NCBI GenBank assembly: GCA_025453975.1
Contig: JALOPI010000014.1
Location: 3,668 to 67,667, forward strand
Source of the DNA: Syntrophobacteraceae bacterium
GTDB lineage: Bacteria > Desulfobacterota > Syntrophobacteria > Syntrophobacterales > Syntrophobacteraceae
Length of the DNA: 64,000 nt
Direction: 5' to 3'
The notes under the pieces are model-generated. The model searched no databases and was not told where the DNA came from. It saw only the letters and a list, made by a program, of their open reading frames with translations. A program made the position numbers and the translations under genes. Numbering within the stretch: the first letter of the stretch is position 1; every line of letters starts with the position of its first letter. Shown piece after piece: positions 9,648 to 18,945 of this stretch.

Positions 9648-11957
9648 ATGAGTGAAGAAAGAGCCTTTTCAAAAGTCATGACACCAGGCGAAAACCCATC
9701 CATGCCGAACGGGGCGGAGCCCGCGGGAGATTCCACCCCAGCCCCCCTGGACACGAAGCTCCTGGAACAGGCGGTCATGGAGCTCAACATCGCCCGCAAG
9801 AACTTCTCCATCTACCCGGCGGGACATGGGCAGCTCGATCGCAGCATCCAGCGCGCCCACGGCATCCTCTGCCGACTCCTGGAGACATCGCCGTCGCTGA
9901 CGGTGGGGGTGGCCCGTGATTGCCTGTTCGTCGGCGACAGCTACCTGGACCGGAAGAACCTGGTGTTCAGGGATTTCTCCCTGGCCCTCCATGCCAGGGA
10001 CATCGCATCCATCACCTTCGTGGCCGGCCTCCCCAGGGAGCATATCCAGGGACTCTGCTCGGTTCTCACGCGGGACCCCCTCGAGATCAGGGAAGCGGGA
10101 GGCATCCGTCAGGTGATGCTCGCCGCGTCCATTTCACACATCCGTGTGCAGCCCATGGACTTTTCAGGCCTCCACCTGACGGAGGAGGAAGAGATCCTGT
10201 CAGCCCGGAGCAAGAGCAAGCCGGATCTCAACACCCATTTCTGGCGATCGTTTCTCAGCCATTTCCTCTCCGGGCAGCTCGACCCGGCGGGTCGCCCCCA
10301 TTACCTGTCCGATGGATTGGCCACTGCCCCTTCGAGAATAGCCCAGCTGCTCAACGGCGGAGTCCTGGACATGGGCAGGGCCCTGGAGAGCTACGGGACG
10401 ACCATCGCCAAGTATCTGCGCGAATCGACGGGAGATCAGCCCCTCGAAAGCCTGGCGACATTGATTCAAAACCTCGGCCCTCAGCTCAGAAGCCAGTTCC
10501 TGTCCGTCACCCTCGACCGCATGGCCGGCCAGTCGGAAACCAGCCTGCTCAACTGCTTTCCCGACGACATCGTGCTGGAGATGCTCCAGCAGGCCAGCGA
10601 CGACGACAAGGAGATATCACCCACTCTGATCAACCTCCTGGAGAAAACATCCCAGATCCAGACCGGCCCGTCCCCTTCCAATGCCGGACAACCACCCGAC
10701 CCCCTCGGGACCCCTTCGGCCGATCCCCTCAACCGGGAGAAGATCGAGCAGCTCCTGCGCCGGGAATCCTATGAAACCTATGTCGACCTGGATTATCGCT
10801 CCCTCCTCAAGAGCCTGATCAACAGGGGCGGGATGCCGGGTCCAGGAGAACGGAGCGGGGCGCCCTCACCGAAGTCATCGACGGGCATGAGTGCGGGTGC
10901 CCAGCCGCCCGCCGGGCTCCAGGACGACAGCTGCCGGGTCTCCCTCACCCATGGCGAGATCGATCTCCGCCTCCGCGAAATGATGCTGGCCCTGATGGAG
11001 AGAACCGCCGACCCGGAAGATTACGTCGTCTTCAGCCGAAAGCTCCTGGAAGGCGTCCCCGATCATCTCGCCGCCCACGAGATCGATCTCGTTCACGAGA
11101 CCCTGCGGACTTTCAGAAGACACGCCGGGGAGAAGCCCCCGCCCATCGCTCAGCTGGCCATCGACTCCCTGCTGGCCTTCAACAGTCCCGAAATCGTGGC
11201 GGGAGCCGTTGCGGCCATCGAAGCCTGCCCGGAGCACCGGCGGGAGCAGGCCCTGGCCCTCGTGGCCGAAATCGGCATCCGCTGTCTTCCCGCCTTGATC
11301 AAGAGTTACGCCGAGCAAGAATACCCCAGCCCCAGGGCAGCGATGCTGGAGCTTCTCGTCGGGTTCGGCGAAAGCAGCGTCCAGGAAGCCTTCAAGCTGC
11401 TGGAGAGCGCTCCGGATCCCGTTGCGAGGAATCTTCTCCTCATCGTTCAGCGCATTGGAGCCGCCGCATCCACGGGCCCCCTGCACCAGCTCCTTTCCCG
11501 CGAGAGCCGCCAGGTTCGGCTGGATGCCCTGACCACGCTGCTGGAGATTGGGGACCCCGAAGCCCCCCACCATCTGCGGCGCGCCATCCGATCCGTCGAT
11601 CCCGAGGAATCCCGAGGTGCCATCGGACTCGCCGGGTTTTACCGCGTGGCCCATGTGGCCGAGGACCTGGTCCACTCGATCAAGACCCACTTCATCGATC
11701 GATCGGCCCACAGGTCCCATGAGCTCATCTTCCGGTCCCTGGGCAGGATCGCGAGCACCGAGGTCATCCCCGGGCTGGAAGCCATCGCCCGAAGCTCGTG
11801 GTCCCTGTCCCCCCGGCGCCTTCGGCATCTGAAGCTCCTGCTTTACGAATCCCTCGGGACCTATCCCGTGGAGCGCCTGAGGGGGCTCATCGCCATCGGC
11901 AGGAAATCCAGGGACACCCGCATCCATGGAATCTGTGATCGATTGGAATCGTCATGA
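9648..11957 (+). CDS. large HEAT-repeat protein with an N-terminal module homologous to the N-terminus of the downstream HD-GYP protein
   Basis: C-terminal ~300 aa are HEAT/PBS-lyase-like helical repeats (PDPVARNLLLIVQRIG..., RQVRLDALTTLLEIGDPEA...). The N-terminus aligns by eye with the HD-GYP N-terminus. ATG 9648 is chosen (alternatives 9588 and 9678). The stop overlaps the next ATG (ATGA). Confidence 0.75.
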   Translation: MSEERAFSKVMTPGENPSMPNGAEPAGDSTPAPLDTKLLEQAVMELNIARKNFSIYPAGHGQLDRSIQRAHGILCRLLETSPSLTVGVARDCLFVGDSYLDRKNLVFRDFSLALHARDIASITFVAGLPREHIQGLCSVLTRDPLEIREAGGIRQVMLAASISHIRVQPMDFSGLHLTEEEEILSARSKSKPDLNTHFWRSFLSHFLSGQLDPAGRPHYLSDGLATAPSRIAQLLNGGVLDMGRALESYGTTIAKYLRESTGDQPLESLATLIQNLGPQLRSQFLSVTLDRMAGQSETSLLNCFPDDIVLEMLQQASDDDKEISPTLINLLEKTSQIQTGPSPSNAGQPPDPLGTPSADPLNREKIEQLLRRESYETYVDLDYRSLLKSLINRGGMPGPGERSGAPSPKSSTGMSAGAQPPAGLQDDSCRVSLTHGEIDLRLREMMLALMERTADPEDYVVFSRKLLEGVPDHLAAHEIDLVHETLRTFRRHAGEKPPPIAQLAIDSLLAFNSPEIVAGAVAAIEACPEHRREQALALVAEIGIRCLPALIKSYAEQEYPSPRAAMLELLVGFGESSVQEAFKLLESAPDPVARNLLLIVQRIGAAASTGPLHQLLSRESRQVRLDALTTLLEIGDPEAPHHLRRAIRSVDPEESRGAIGLAGFYRVAHVAEDLVHSIKTHFIDRSAHRSHELIFRSLGRIASTEVIPGLEAIARSSWSLSPRRLRHLKLLLYESLGTYPVERLRGLIAIGRKSRDTRIHGICDRLESS

Positions 11958-13174
11958 AAGAGCTCGTGTTTCAGTCGAAGGTACTCAGCGTCATTTCCCA
12001 GCTTTCAGCCGCCCTGGCCAACCTGCGGCTTTACTCCCACGCCCATTCCCTGGTGGGCCAGCACTTTGAAAGGGCATACCGGGAGCTTGCGGAGCTGCTC
12101 GAGCACACGGGCGACCTCACGGTCTTCACGGTGGGAGACGACCTCATCGTCAACAACCGCACCCTGCTGGCCGCGGGACCGCCCGTGGAGAGGTTCGTGC
12201 GCATGATCCACGAAAAGGGGGTGGAGCACATCACCTTCCTCAGGGGACTGTCACCGGAGGAGCTGGGGCAGCTCATTCAGGATCTGGGATCCAAGGAAAG
12301 CTCGACGGTGCGCTCCTGGCCGTTCATAAAGCTGGGGGCCGTGGAGATCCGGGTGAGAACGGAGGGGGATGCTTCGGAACAGGAGCCCATCTCCGGGCAT
12401 TCCAGGGAAGTCATGAGTATCCTGGGCACCCTGGAGAAATCGGACATGGACATGCTGAGGGAGCTTTACCTCCTGGCCGAGGAAGGCAAGCCCATCAGCA
12501 TTCGCGGCGTCGACGATTCCGTGAGGAAGCTCGTCTTCGAGATCCGGCGGAACAGCAATCCCCTCAGCCTCCTCGCCACCGTCAAGCGCAACGATGAGTA
12601 CACCTTCACCCACGTCGTCAACGTGTGCATCCTGACCCTCATCCAGGCGCAGCGGCTGGGCTTCGGGGAAAAGCAGCTCTATGACATCGGGATGGCCTCC
12701 CTCCTCCACGACGTCGGGAAGACCTTCATCCCCGAGGAGATCCTCAGCAAGCCCGGGAAGCTCACCACGGACGAGAGAGCCATCATCGAGACCCACCCGG
12801 TCAAGGGCGGACGCTACCTGATGGAAGTGGGGGGGATTCCCAAGATCGCGGTGCTGGCCGCCCTGGAGCACCACCTCCGCTACGACGGCACGGGATACCC
12901 CGTTGTCAAGCCCGGCTGGAAGCCCAGCCTCGTGGCTCAGCTCATCACCATCGCCGATGTGTTCGACGCCCTCCGGAGCCGACGATCCTACAGCGATCCC
13001 AAGCCGATGGATCAGATCGTGAGCATCCTGAACCAGGACAAGGGAACCACCTTCAATCCCATTCTCGTGGAGAATTTCCTCGAGATCGTCGCTCCCGGGG
13101 CGGGCGGTCCCGCCCCAACCGAGGAAGCTTCCAGAATGGCGGCCCGTCCCCATGTCCCCGAGGCGACGGCCTGA
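11954..13174 (+). CDS. HD-GYP domain c-di-GMP phosphodiesterase
   Basis: 406-aa ORF with HVVNVCILT, LLHDVGKTFIPEEIL, THPVKGGRYL and LEHHLRYDGTGYP, the HD-GYP signature. Confidence 0.9.
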   Translation: MKELVFQSKVLSVISQLSAALANLRLYSHAHSLVGQHFERAYRELAELLEHTGDLTVFTVGDDLIVNNRTLLAAGPPVERFVRMIHEKGVEHITFLRGLSPEELGQLIQDLGSKESSTVRSWPFIKLGAVEIRVRTEGDASEQEPISGHSREVMSILGTLEKSDMDMLRELYLLAEEGKPISIRGVDDSVRKLVFEIRRNSNPLSLLATVKRNDEYTFTHVVNVCILTLIQAQRLGFGEKQLYDIGMASLLHDVGKTFIPEEILSKPGKLTTDERAIIETHPVKGGRYLMEVGGIPKIAVLAALEHHLRYDGTGYPVVKPGWKPSLVAQLITIADVFDALRSRRSYSDPKPMDQIVSILNQDKGTTFNPILVENFLEIVAPGAGGPAPTEEASRMAARPHVPEATA

Positions 13175-13181
13175 TCGCCCG

Positions 13182-14108
13182 TCACCTGGCCACGATCCTC
13201 AGCTGGATGCTGATGAGATCGAACACCAGATGCATCCCCAGGTGCTCGAAAAATCGGCTGGAGCCATAGATGATGTCCCACTGGGTTCGGTCGATGTCGA
13301 AGTGCGCTTCGGCCGCGACGCCCCCATCCGCCAGCCCGCTCAGGGTGGCGTCGAAATCGATCTTCCTCTTGACGCCGTGAAGCTCCAGGATGCCGCTCAG
13401 CCGGGCGTTGGGCGCGCTCAGGGTCGGCTCGTCCACCAGGCTCGCCGATTCAATGCTGAACTGGGCCGTGGGGAATCGATCCACGAAGAAAAAGTCATCC
13501 GAGGCCAGGTGCGCCTCCAGGACCGCTTTCAGGGGATCTCCCGCCAGGCTCCGGTTGACGATGGACCGCATGTCCAGGACAAACGACCCGGTGAGGCCCC
13601 GGCCGCGCACACTGATGGAGCCCTCCCTCAGCCCGAGGGTCCCGTGATGCCGCGTGCCGGGATTGCGCCCGGCCCACTCGATGACGCTCTCCTCGGTATC
13701 CACCCGGTAGAGCCGCTCCTCCAGCACCAGCTCGGCTCCGTCCGTCCCCGCCCCGGGTGCATCCCCCTCCAGCCTGCCTCCGCCTTCGCGCCAGGACTTC
13801 AGGCCGCCCGCCATGGCGAACACATTCCGGTATCCAGCGCGCACCGCCTTCTCCGCTGCGACCAGGGCATCCAGGGATCGCTGGCTGGAGCCGTAAAACA
13901 CCACGGTTCGCCCGTGATCCGGCACCAGCTCGGCCATGCGGGCCAGGAAGGTCACCTGATAGACGCACGCGCTCTCCGACCCCGGAATGTGGACGGTGCG
14001 ATACCGCTCCTCGGGAAGCGTGTCGATGATGACCAGATCCCGACGCTCCTCGATCCAATCTCCCAGCTCTCTGGATGTGATGACCCGATACTCCATCTTT
14101 GGCTCCAT
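13182..14108 (-). CDS. rhodanese domain / YceI-like domain fusion protein
   Basis: N-terminal ~115 aa are rhodanese-like (VIIDTLPEERYRTVHIPGS..., YGSSQRSLDALVAAEK). C-terminal ~170 aa are YceI-like (...HGTLGL..., GILELHGVKRKIDFDATL, FDIDRTQWDI). Confidence 0.75.
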   Translation of the reverse strand: MEPKMEYRVITSRELGDWIEERRDLVIIDTLPEERYRTVHIPGSESACVYQVTFLARMAELVPDHGRTVVFYGSSQRSLDALVAAEKAVRAGYRNVFAMAGGLKSWREGGGRLEGDAPGAGTDGAELVLEERLYRVDTEESVIEWAGRNPGTRHHGTLGLREGSISVRGRGLTGSFVLDMRSIVNRSLAGDPLKAVLEAHLASDDFFFVDRFPTAQFSIESASLVDEPTLSAPNARLSGILELHGVKRKIDFDATLSGLADGGVAAEAHFDIDRTQWDIIYGSSRFFEHLGMHLVFDLISIQLRIVAR

Positions 14109-14161
14109 GTCTCAACCTCCTGCTGCGGACCGCAACGATTCGCACGGCTGGATCGCCGTCA

Positions 14162-14734
14162 CTACGCCCCCTTGAGCTTTTTTCCAACGGACCAGGCCCG
14201 GGCCAGCCGCTCTCCGATCCCCCAGTAGACGTTGTCCGGCATCGTCAGCACGAACGGGCTCATGGCCTGGATGTCGGGATGGCCGTCCTTGAGAAACCGT
14301 GGCTCGGCCCAGGCGTCGACGATTTCTCCAATGAAAAGGTGGTTGGTGGGGAGATCGACCGTCTGGTGCAGCCGGCATTCGATGTTCAGCGGACACTGGA
14401 CGATCATGGGAGCTTTCCCCCCCGATCCGTAGAATACATCGAAGAGCGAGGACTTGTCGGTGCCGCGCCCCGAGACGAGACCGCAGTAATCGACGGCCTC
14501 GATCATGTCGGCCCCGGGGATGTTCACGCTGAAGGCTTCCGTCTCCGTAATTCCCCTGGCCGTGTGATGGGCATGGTTGATGGCGATGGCCATGAGGGCA
14601 GGCTTGAAGTTGACGCGGCTCACCCAGCCCACGGTCATGAAATTGGCTTTCCCATCCACCAGGGCTCCCACCAGGACCACCGGCATGGGATAGAGGAAGA
14701 CGTTGGCTCCCAGGCTCGTCTTCTCGCTGCTCAT
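14162..14734 (-). CDS. flavin reductase-like FMN-binding domain protein
   Basis: ATG 14734 is preceded by AGGAGGA. NVFLYPMPVVLVGALVDGKANFMTVGW is typical of the flavin reductase-like domain. The upstream part of track ORF 14162-14923 is rejected. Confidence 0.8.
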   Translation of the reverse strand: MSSEKTSLGANVFLYPMPVVLVGALVDGKANFMTVGWVSRVNFKPALMAIAINHAHHTARGITETEAFSVNIPGADMIEAVDYCGLVSGRGTDKSSLFDVFYGSGGKAPMIVQCPLNIECRLHQTVDLPTNHLFIGEIVDAWAEPRFLKDGHPDIQAMSPFVLTMPDNVYWGIGERLARAWSVGKKLKGA

Positions 14735-14783
14735 GGTGCATCCTCCTTGAAACAGAGCGTAAAGCCCCGCGACGACCCGGCCT

Positions 14784-15359
14784 TCAAGCCAGGGATTTCC
14801 CCATGGAAAAGGCTTCCCCGATGAGGCCCCCCACGCCGTAGTACTTCCCCACCTCGGGCGCGAAGACCAGAGGGGAGATCTTGCGACAGTCCGGCCGCCC
14901 CTGGTCGTCCAGCACCGTCTCATCCACCTTCACGTCGACGATCTCCCCCACGAACTGCGTGTGGAGCCCCAGCTCGAACGTGTGCACGAGCCGGCACTCG
15001 ATCACCATGGGGAACTCCTGAACGTAGGGGGCATCCACCCGATCGCTCGGGACGGGCGTGAGGCCGGCGGCAGCGAATTTGTCCGTGCTTCTGCCACTGG
15101 CCATGCCGAAGTAATCCGCCTCCCTGGCGTATTTTTCCGACGGGACGCTCAGCGTGTAAGCCTTACGCTGCATGATGCAGTCGAAGGTATAGGTGGCCTT
15201 GCGAAGGGAGATGGTCACGCAGGGCGGCTTGGAACAACAGATGCCCCCCCAGGCGATGGTCATGATGTTGGGCTTGCCGTCCGGGTCATAGGAGCCCACA
15301 CACCAGACGGGGGTGGGAAAAGCCAGGGTTTTGGCGCCAAGGGATCTTTTCATCTTCAC
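14784..15359 (-). CDS. flavin reductase-like FMN-binding domain protein (tandem paralog)
   Basis: 191-aa ORF. LAFPTPVWCVGSYDPDGKPNIMTIAWGG shows the same fold signature as the neighbouring gene. Confidence 0.8.
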   Translation of the reverse strand: MKMKRSLGAKTLAFPTPVWCVGSYDPDGKPNIMTIAWGGICCSKPPCVTISLRKATYTFDCIMQRKAYTLSVPSEKYAREADYFGMASGRSTDKFAAAGLTPVPSDRVDAPYVQEFPMVIECRLVHTFELGLHTQFVGEIVDVKVDETVLDDQGRPDCRKISPLVFAPEVGKYYGVGGLIGEAFSMGKSLA

Positions 15360-15776
15360 CCGCTCCTTCTCTGAGGCTTCTCGATGGCCCGGCCATGCTC
15401 GTCGGTCGGGGATTCACCACATTTCATGGATGTGAAAGCATCCCGGACGCCCGCCCATGGGTTGGCAAGCCCCTCTCTCGGCGCGAGGGGGAAGTCCACG
15501 GGCCAGCGTCTTTCGATTCATCATAGCAGAGGGAGCGAAAGGCATGAAACGGGAACTGAGCGGGGTGCCTTCAACTTTCAGGCTCGACTTGCAGAGCGCG
15601 GGTCACGTGCTCGGGACCTGGCCGGGCAGCCCGCCGCCCCCGAAGGCTTCTCCATCCAGTGCTTCAACCCGTGCTCCGTTTGGTGTATATCGGTTCCACG
15701 GCCGGGGCCTCGCCACGCGCCCCCCGCCATGTCCCTTCGGGGAACAGAGCCTGCCCCCCCACTTCCGGAGAGCGCC

Positions 15777-17451
15777 ATGATCCCACCCAAGGAGCTCATG
15801 CGAAAGATCAGCCCGTTTTCCTTCCTGTCCGAGGAGGAAATGAGCACCCTCATGTCCGGGCTGGAAGTCGACCTCTACCCCAAGGGAACGGTGATCTTCG
15901 AAAAAGGCCGGCAGCGCAATCACGTCTACATGATTTATTCGGGGCTGGTGGGCCTCTTCGATGGAGAGACTCCCCTGGACTATTTCTCCCGAGGCGAGGT
16001 GTTCGGGGCGCTCAGCCTGCAGGGCGAGCGCTACCTCCTGACGGCGCGGGCCATCGAGGAGACGGTGTGCTACCTGATTCCCGCCTCCAGCTTTCGCGAG
16101 GTCCTCAAGCACAACGAGCGATTCTCCACCTTCTTCACCTCCTTCATGGGCCGGAAGCTCCGTTCGTTCCGCTCCATGGCCAAGGACAAGCGCTTGTTCA
16201 AGGAGGCGACGCTCCTCCTCGGCATCGACGGCATGGTGGCGCGGGATCCCGTGACCTGCCGGGAGGAGGCCACGATCCACGAGGCGGTATCCCGGATGGA
16301 GCGGGAGCAGGTGAGCTCCATCGTCATCACCAACGAGCAGCACCACGCTCTGGGCATCCTGACCCAGGCCGACCTCCGCAGGGTCATCCTGCACGGAAGC
16401 CGCGAGGACCGGGTGACGGCCTTCATGTCGAGGCCCGTGGTGACCATCCCGGCGAGCGCCACCGTCTTCGATGCCCTGACGCAGCTCGCCCGGACGGGGA
16501 TGAAATACCTGGTGCTGGTCCGAGACCACCAGGTGGCGGGAGTCCTCACCCGGAGGGATGTGGAGGTCCACCTCGAGCCCGCCACGTCGGTTTTCGCCCT
16601 CCACCGTGGGATCCTCAAGGCCACGTCCCTCGAGCAGCTGGGCATCCTCTTCGCCCGCATCCACGGCGCCATCGCCATGCTGGCCCTGCTGGAGCTCAAC
16701 TTCTACGACATCAGCCGCCTCATCACCGCGGTCCACGACCGGGTGGTGGCCAGGGTCATCGAGCTGGCGGGCGGGCGGACCCGAATGAAGGATGCGGTCT
16801 GGATCCACATGGGAAGCTCCGGCCGCAAGGAGCAGATCATCGCCGCCGACCAGGACAACGCCCTCATCACCGCGGCCCCGGAGACGGCCCAATGGGCCGA
16901 AGCCGTCACCGACGCCCTCCACCGCATGGGGATGCCCCGGTGCCCCGGAGGGTACATGGCCTCCAATCCCATGTGGAGCCAGCCCCTTTCCGCCTGGGAG
17001 GAGCACTTCATCACCTGGTTCCAGAACCCGGAGCCGAACCACGTGCGCTACCTCACGGTCTTCCTGGATTCCAGGCCCGTCCATGGCTGCTTCGACCTTT
17101 ACCAGAAGCTCATGGGCACCGTTAAGTGCAACATCAAATCCAGGGCCATCCAGCTTCTGGCCAGCGATGCCGTCCAGATCGAGCCGCCCCTGGGCATGTT
17201 CGGCCTCATCTCCCGTCACAAGGAAGTGGATCTCAAGACCTACGGGATCTACCCCATCGTGAACGGTGTCCGCGTCCTGGCCGTCGACCAGGGGATGGTG
17301 GAGGTGACCAGCACCAAGGAGCGGCTGGACGCGCCGGGAGCTTCCCCCCGTGGACCTCCTGGTCCTGAAGGAGTCCCTCAAAGTCGTCGCATCCTTCCAG
17401 AAGATGCTCATGAAGAAGTACAACGTCGCCCGGAACACGTACTACAGCTGA
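15777..17451 (+). CDS. cNMP-binding / tandem CBS / DUF294 putative nucleotidyltransferase protein (apparent 1-nt frameshift near 17344-17349)
   Basis: Residues from MIPPKELMRKISPFSFL carry a CAP-type cNMP-binding domain. Two CBS domains follow (MVARDPVTC..., FMSRPVVTI...). A DUF294-like core follows those (WIHMGSSGRKEQIIAADQDNALI). After ...TKERLDA the track frame becomes low-complexity and runs through the next gene. The +1 frame gives LPPVDLLVLKESLKVVASFQKMLMKKYNVARNTYYS* and stops at 17451. Confidence 0.75.
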
Positions 17452-17466
17452 GGTCGGGGTTTACCC

Positions 17467-18066
17467 ATGCAGCTCCAGGAAGCCAAGTTCTGCTCCATCG
17501 ACGTCGAATCCACCGGTCTGGACTCCCTGCACGACGAGATCATCACCTTCGCCTCGGTGCCCATGCTGGGGGGAAGGATCTTCGCCGGCGCGTCCGTCTA
17601 CACCCTCGTCCGGCCCACCGAGTACAAGATGGCAGCCATGAAGTACCACGGCATCGCCGGCCGCGACCTCGACTCCGCCCCCAGCTTCGCCGAGGCTTCG
17701 GAGCTGATTCTCAAAGCCCTGGACGGCATCCTGGTGGGCCATTCGGTGGATTTCGACTACCGCTACCGTATACTGCGGAGGCTGCTGGGGGAGCAGCACG
17801 TGGCGCTCGAGCGGGACACCATCGACATCGTGCTGGTGGAGAAATGGCTGTGCATCAAATCCGGCAGGCTGTGCATGGATCTGAGCTTCGAATCCATGAT
17901 GGAGCGCTACGCCATCAAGGAAAGCTATCGTCACAACGCCCTGGCCGATGCCTTCTTCTCGGCCCAGATGTTTCAAAAACAGCTGCTGTATCTGTCGGAG
18001 CGGGGGGTCGTCACCCTGGGCCAGCTCCAGAAAGCCATGAAAGCTTACCGTTACTCACTGTGGTGA
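17467..18066 (+). CDS. DEDD-family 3'-5' exonuclease (DnaQ / Pol III epsilon-like)
   Basis: 199-aa ORF with FCSIDVESTGLD (ExoI), LVGHSVDFDYR (ExoII-like) and YRHNALADAF (ExoIII, DEDDh type). It starts 15 nt after the restored stop of the DUF294 gene. Confidence 0.85.
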   Translation: MQLQEAKFCSIDVESTGLDSLHDEIITFASVPMLGGRIFAGASVYTLVRPTEYKMAAMKYHGIAGRDLDSAPSFAEASELILKALDGILVGHSVDFDYRYRILRRLLGEQHVALERDTIDIVLVEKWLCIKSGRLCMDLSFESMMERYAIKESYRHNALADAFFSAQMFQKQLLYLSERGVVTLGQLQKAMKAYRYSLW

Positions 18067-18105
18067 TCCTCCAGGCATCCCGCCCCAGGGGCTAGGGGCC
18101 ATCCG

Positions 18106-18939
18106 TCAGCAGACCAGGAGCATCTTGTCATCCACCATCTCCCCCATCCTGAGGGAGGCGAACGCGTTCATCAGCTCCTGAATGGTCAGGCTCCCCTTGG
18201 GCTCGCCCGCCACGTCCAGAACAATCCCCCCCTGGTGCATCATGATGAGCCGGTCTCCCAGCTCGATGGCGTGCTTCATGTTGTGGGTGACCATGAGAGT
18301 GGTGAGATGCAGCTCCTCCACCAGCTGACGGGTCAAAGCCAGGACCTGCTCGGCCGTTCTGGGATCCAGGGCCGCCGTGTGCTCGTCCAGGAGCAGCAGC
18401 CGCGGGCGCTGGAGGGTGGCCATGAGGAGGGTGAGCGACTGCCGCTGCCCTCCCGAAAGGAGGCCCACCCTGTCCTTCAGCCGGTTCTCCAGTCCCAGTC
18501 CCAGAAGAGCCAGCTTGTCGCGGAAGCGCTCCCGGTCCCGCGGATTCACCCCCCAGCGCAGCCCCGGTTTCAGACCGCGCCCGTTGGCCAGGGCGAAGTT
18601 CTCCTCGATGGTCATGGAGGCGCAGGTTCCCGAGCGTGGATTCTGAAACACCCTGCCCACATGGGCGGCCCGGCGATGCTCGGGCCAGCGTGTCACGTTC
18701 ACCTCTCCGAAGAGGATTTCGCCTTCATCCGAGGGAAAACGTCCCGAGATGAGGTTGAGGAGGGTCGACTTGCCGGCTCCATTGCTCCCGATAATGGTGG
18801 CGAACTGACGGTCCGCGATGGAGCAGCTCAGGCCGCGGATGGCCGTCACCTCGTTGATGGTCCCGGGGTTGAACACTTTGGTGAGATTCCGGATGGTGAT
18901 CAAAGGCAGCCTCGAGCTCCGATTGGAATCCAAAACCAT
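18106..18939 (-). CDS. ABC transporter ATP-binding protein
   Basis: Walker A GSNGAGKST, signature LSGGQRQ and Walker B LLLLDEHTAALD. Confidence 0.9.
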   Translation of the reverse strand: MVLDSNRSSRLPLITIRNLTKVFNPGTINEVTAIRGLSCSIADRQFATIIGSNGAGKSTLLNLISGRFPSDEGEILFGEVNVTRWPEHRRAAHVGRVFQNPRSGTCASMTIEENFALANGRGLKPGLRWGVNPRDRERFRDKLALLGLGLENRLKDRVGLLSGGQRQSLTLLMATLQRPRLLLLDEHTAALDPRTAEQVLALTRQLVEELHLTTLMVTHNMKHAIELGDRLIMMHQGGIVLDVAGEPKGSLTIQELMNAFASLRMGEMVDDKMLLVC

Positions 18940-18945
18940 GCCGGC

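Noticed and set aside
15384-18095. 903-aa ORF read as a single protein
   Set aside because: Only 15777 to about 17340 is meaningful. The 5' 130 codons are leader. After the C6 run the frame is wrong and runs over the separately encoded DEDD exonuclease (17467-18066).
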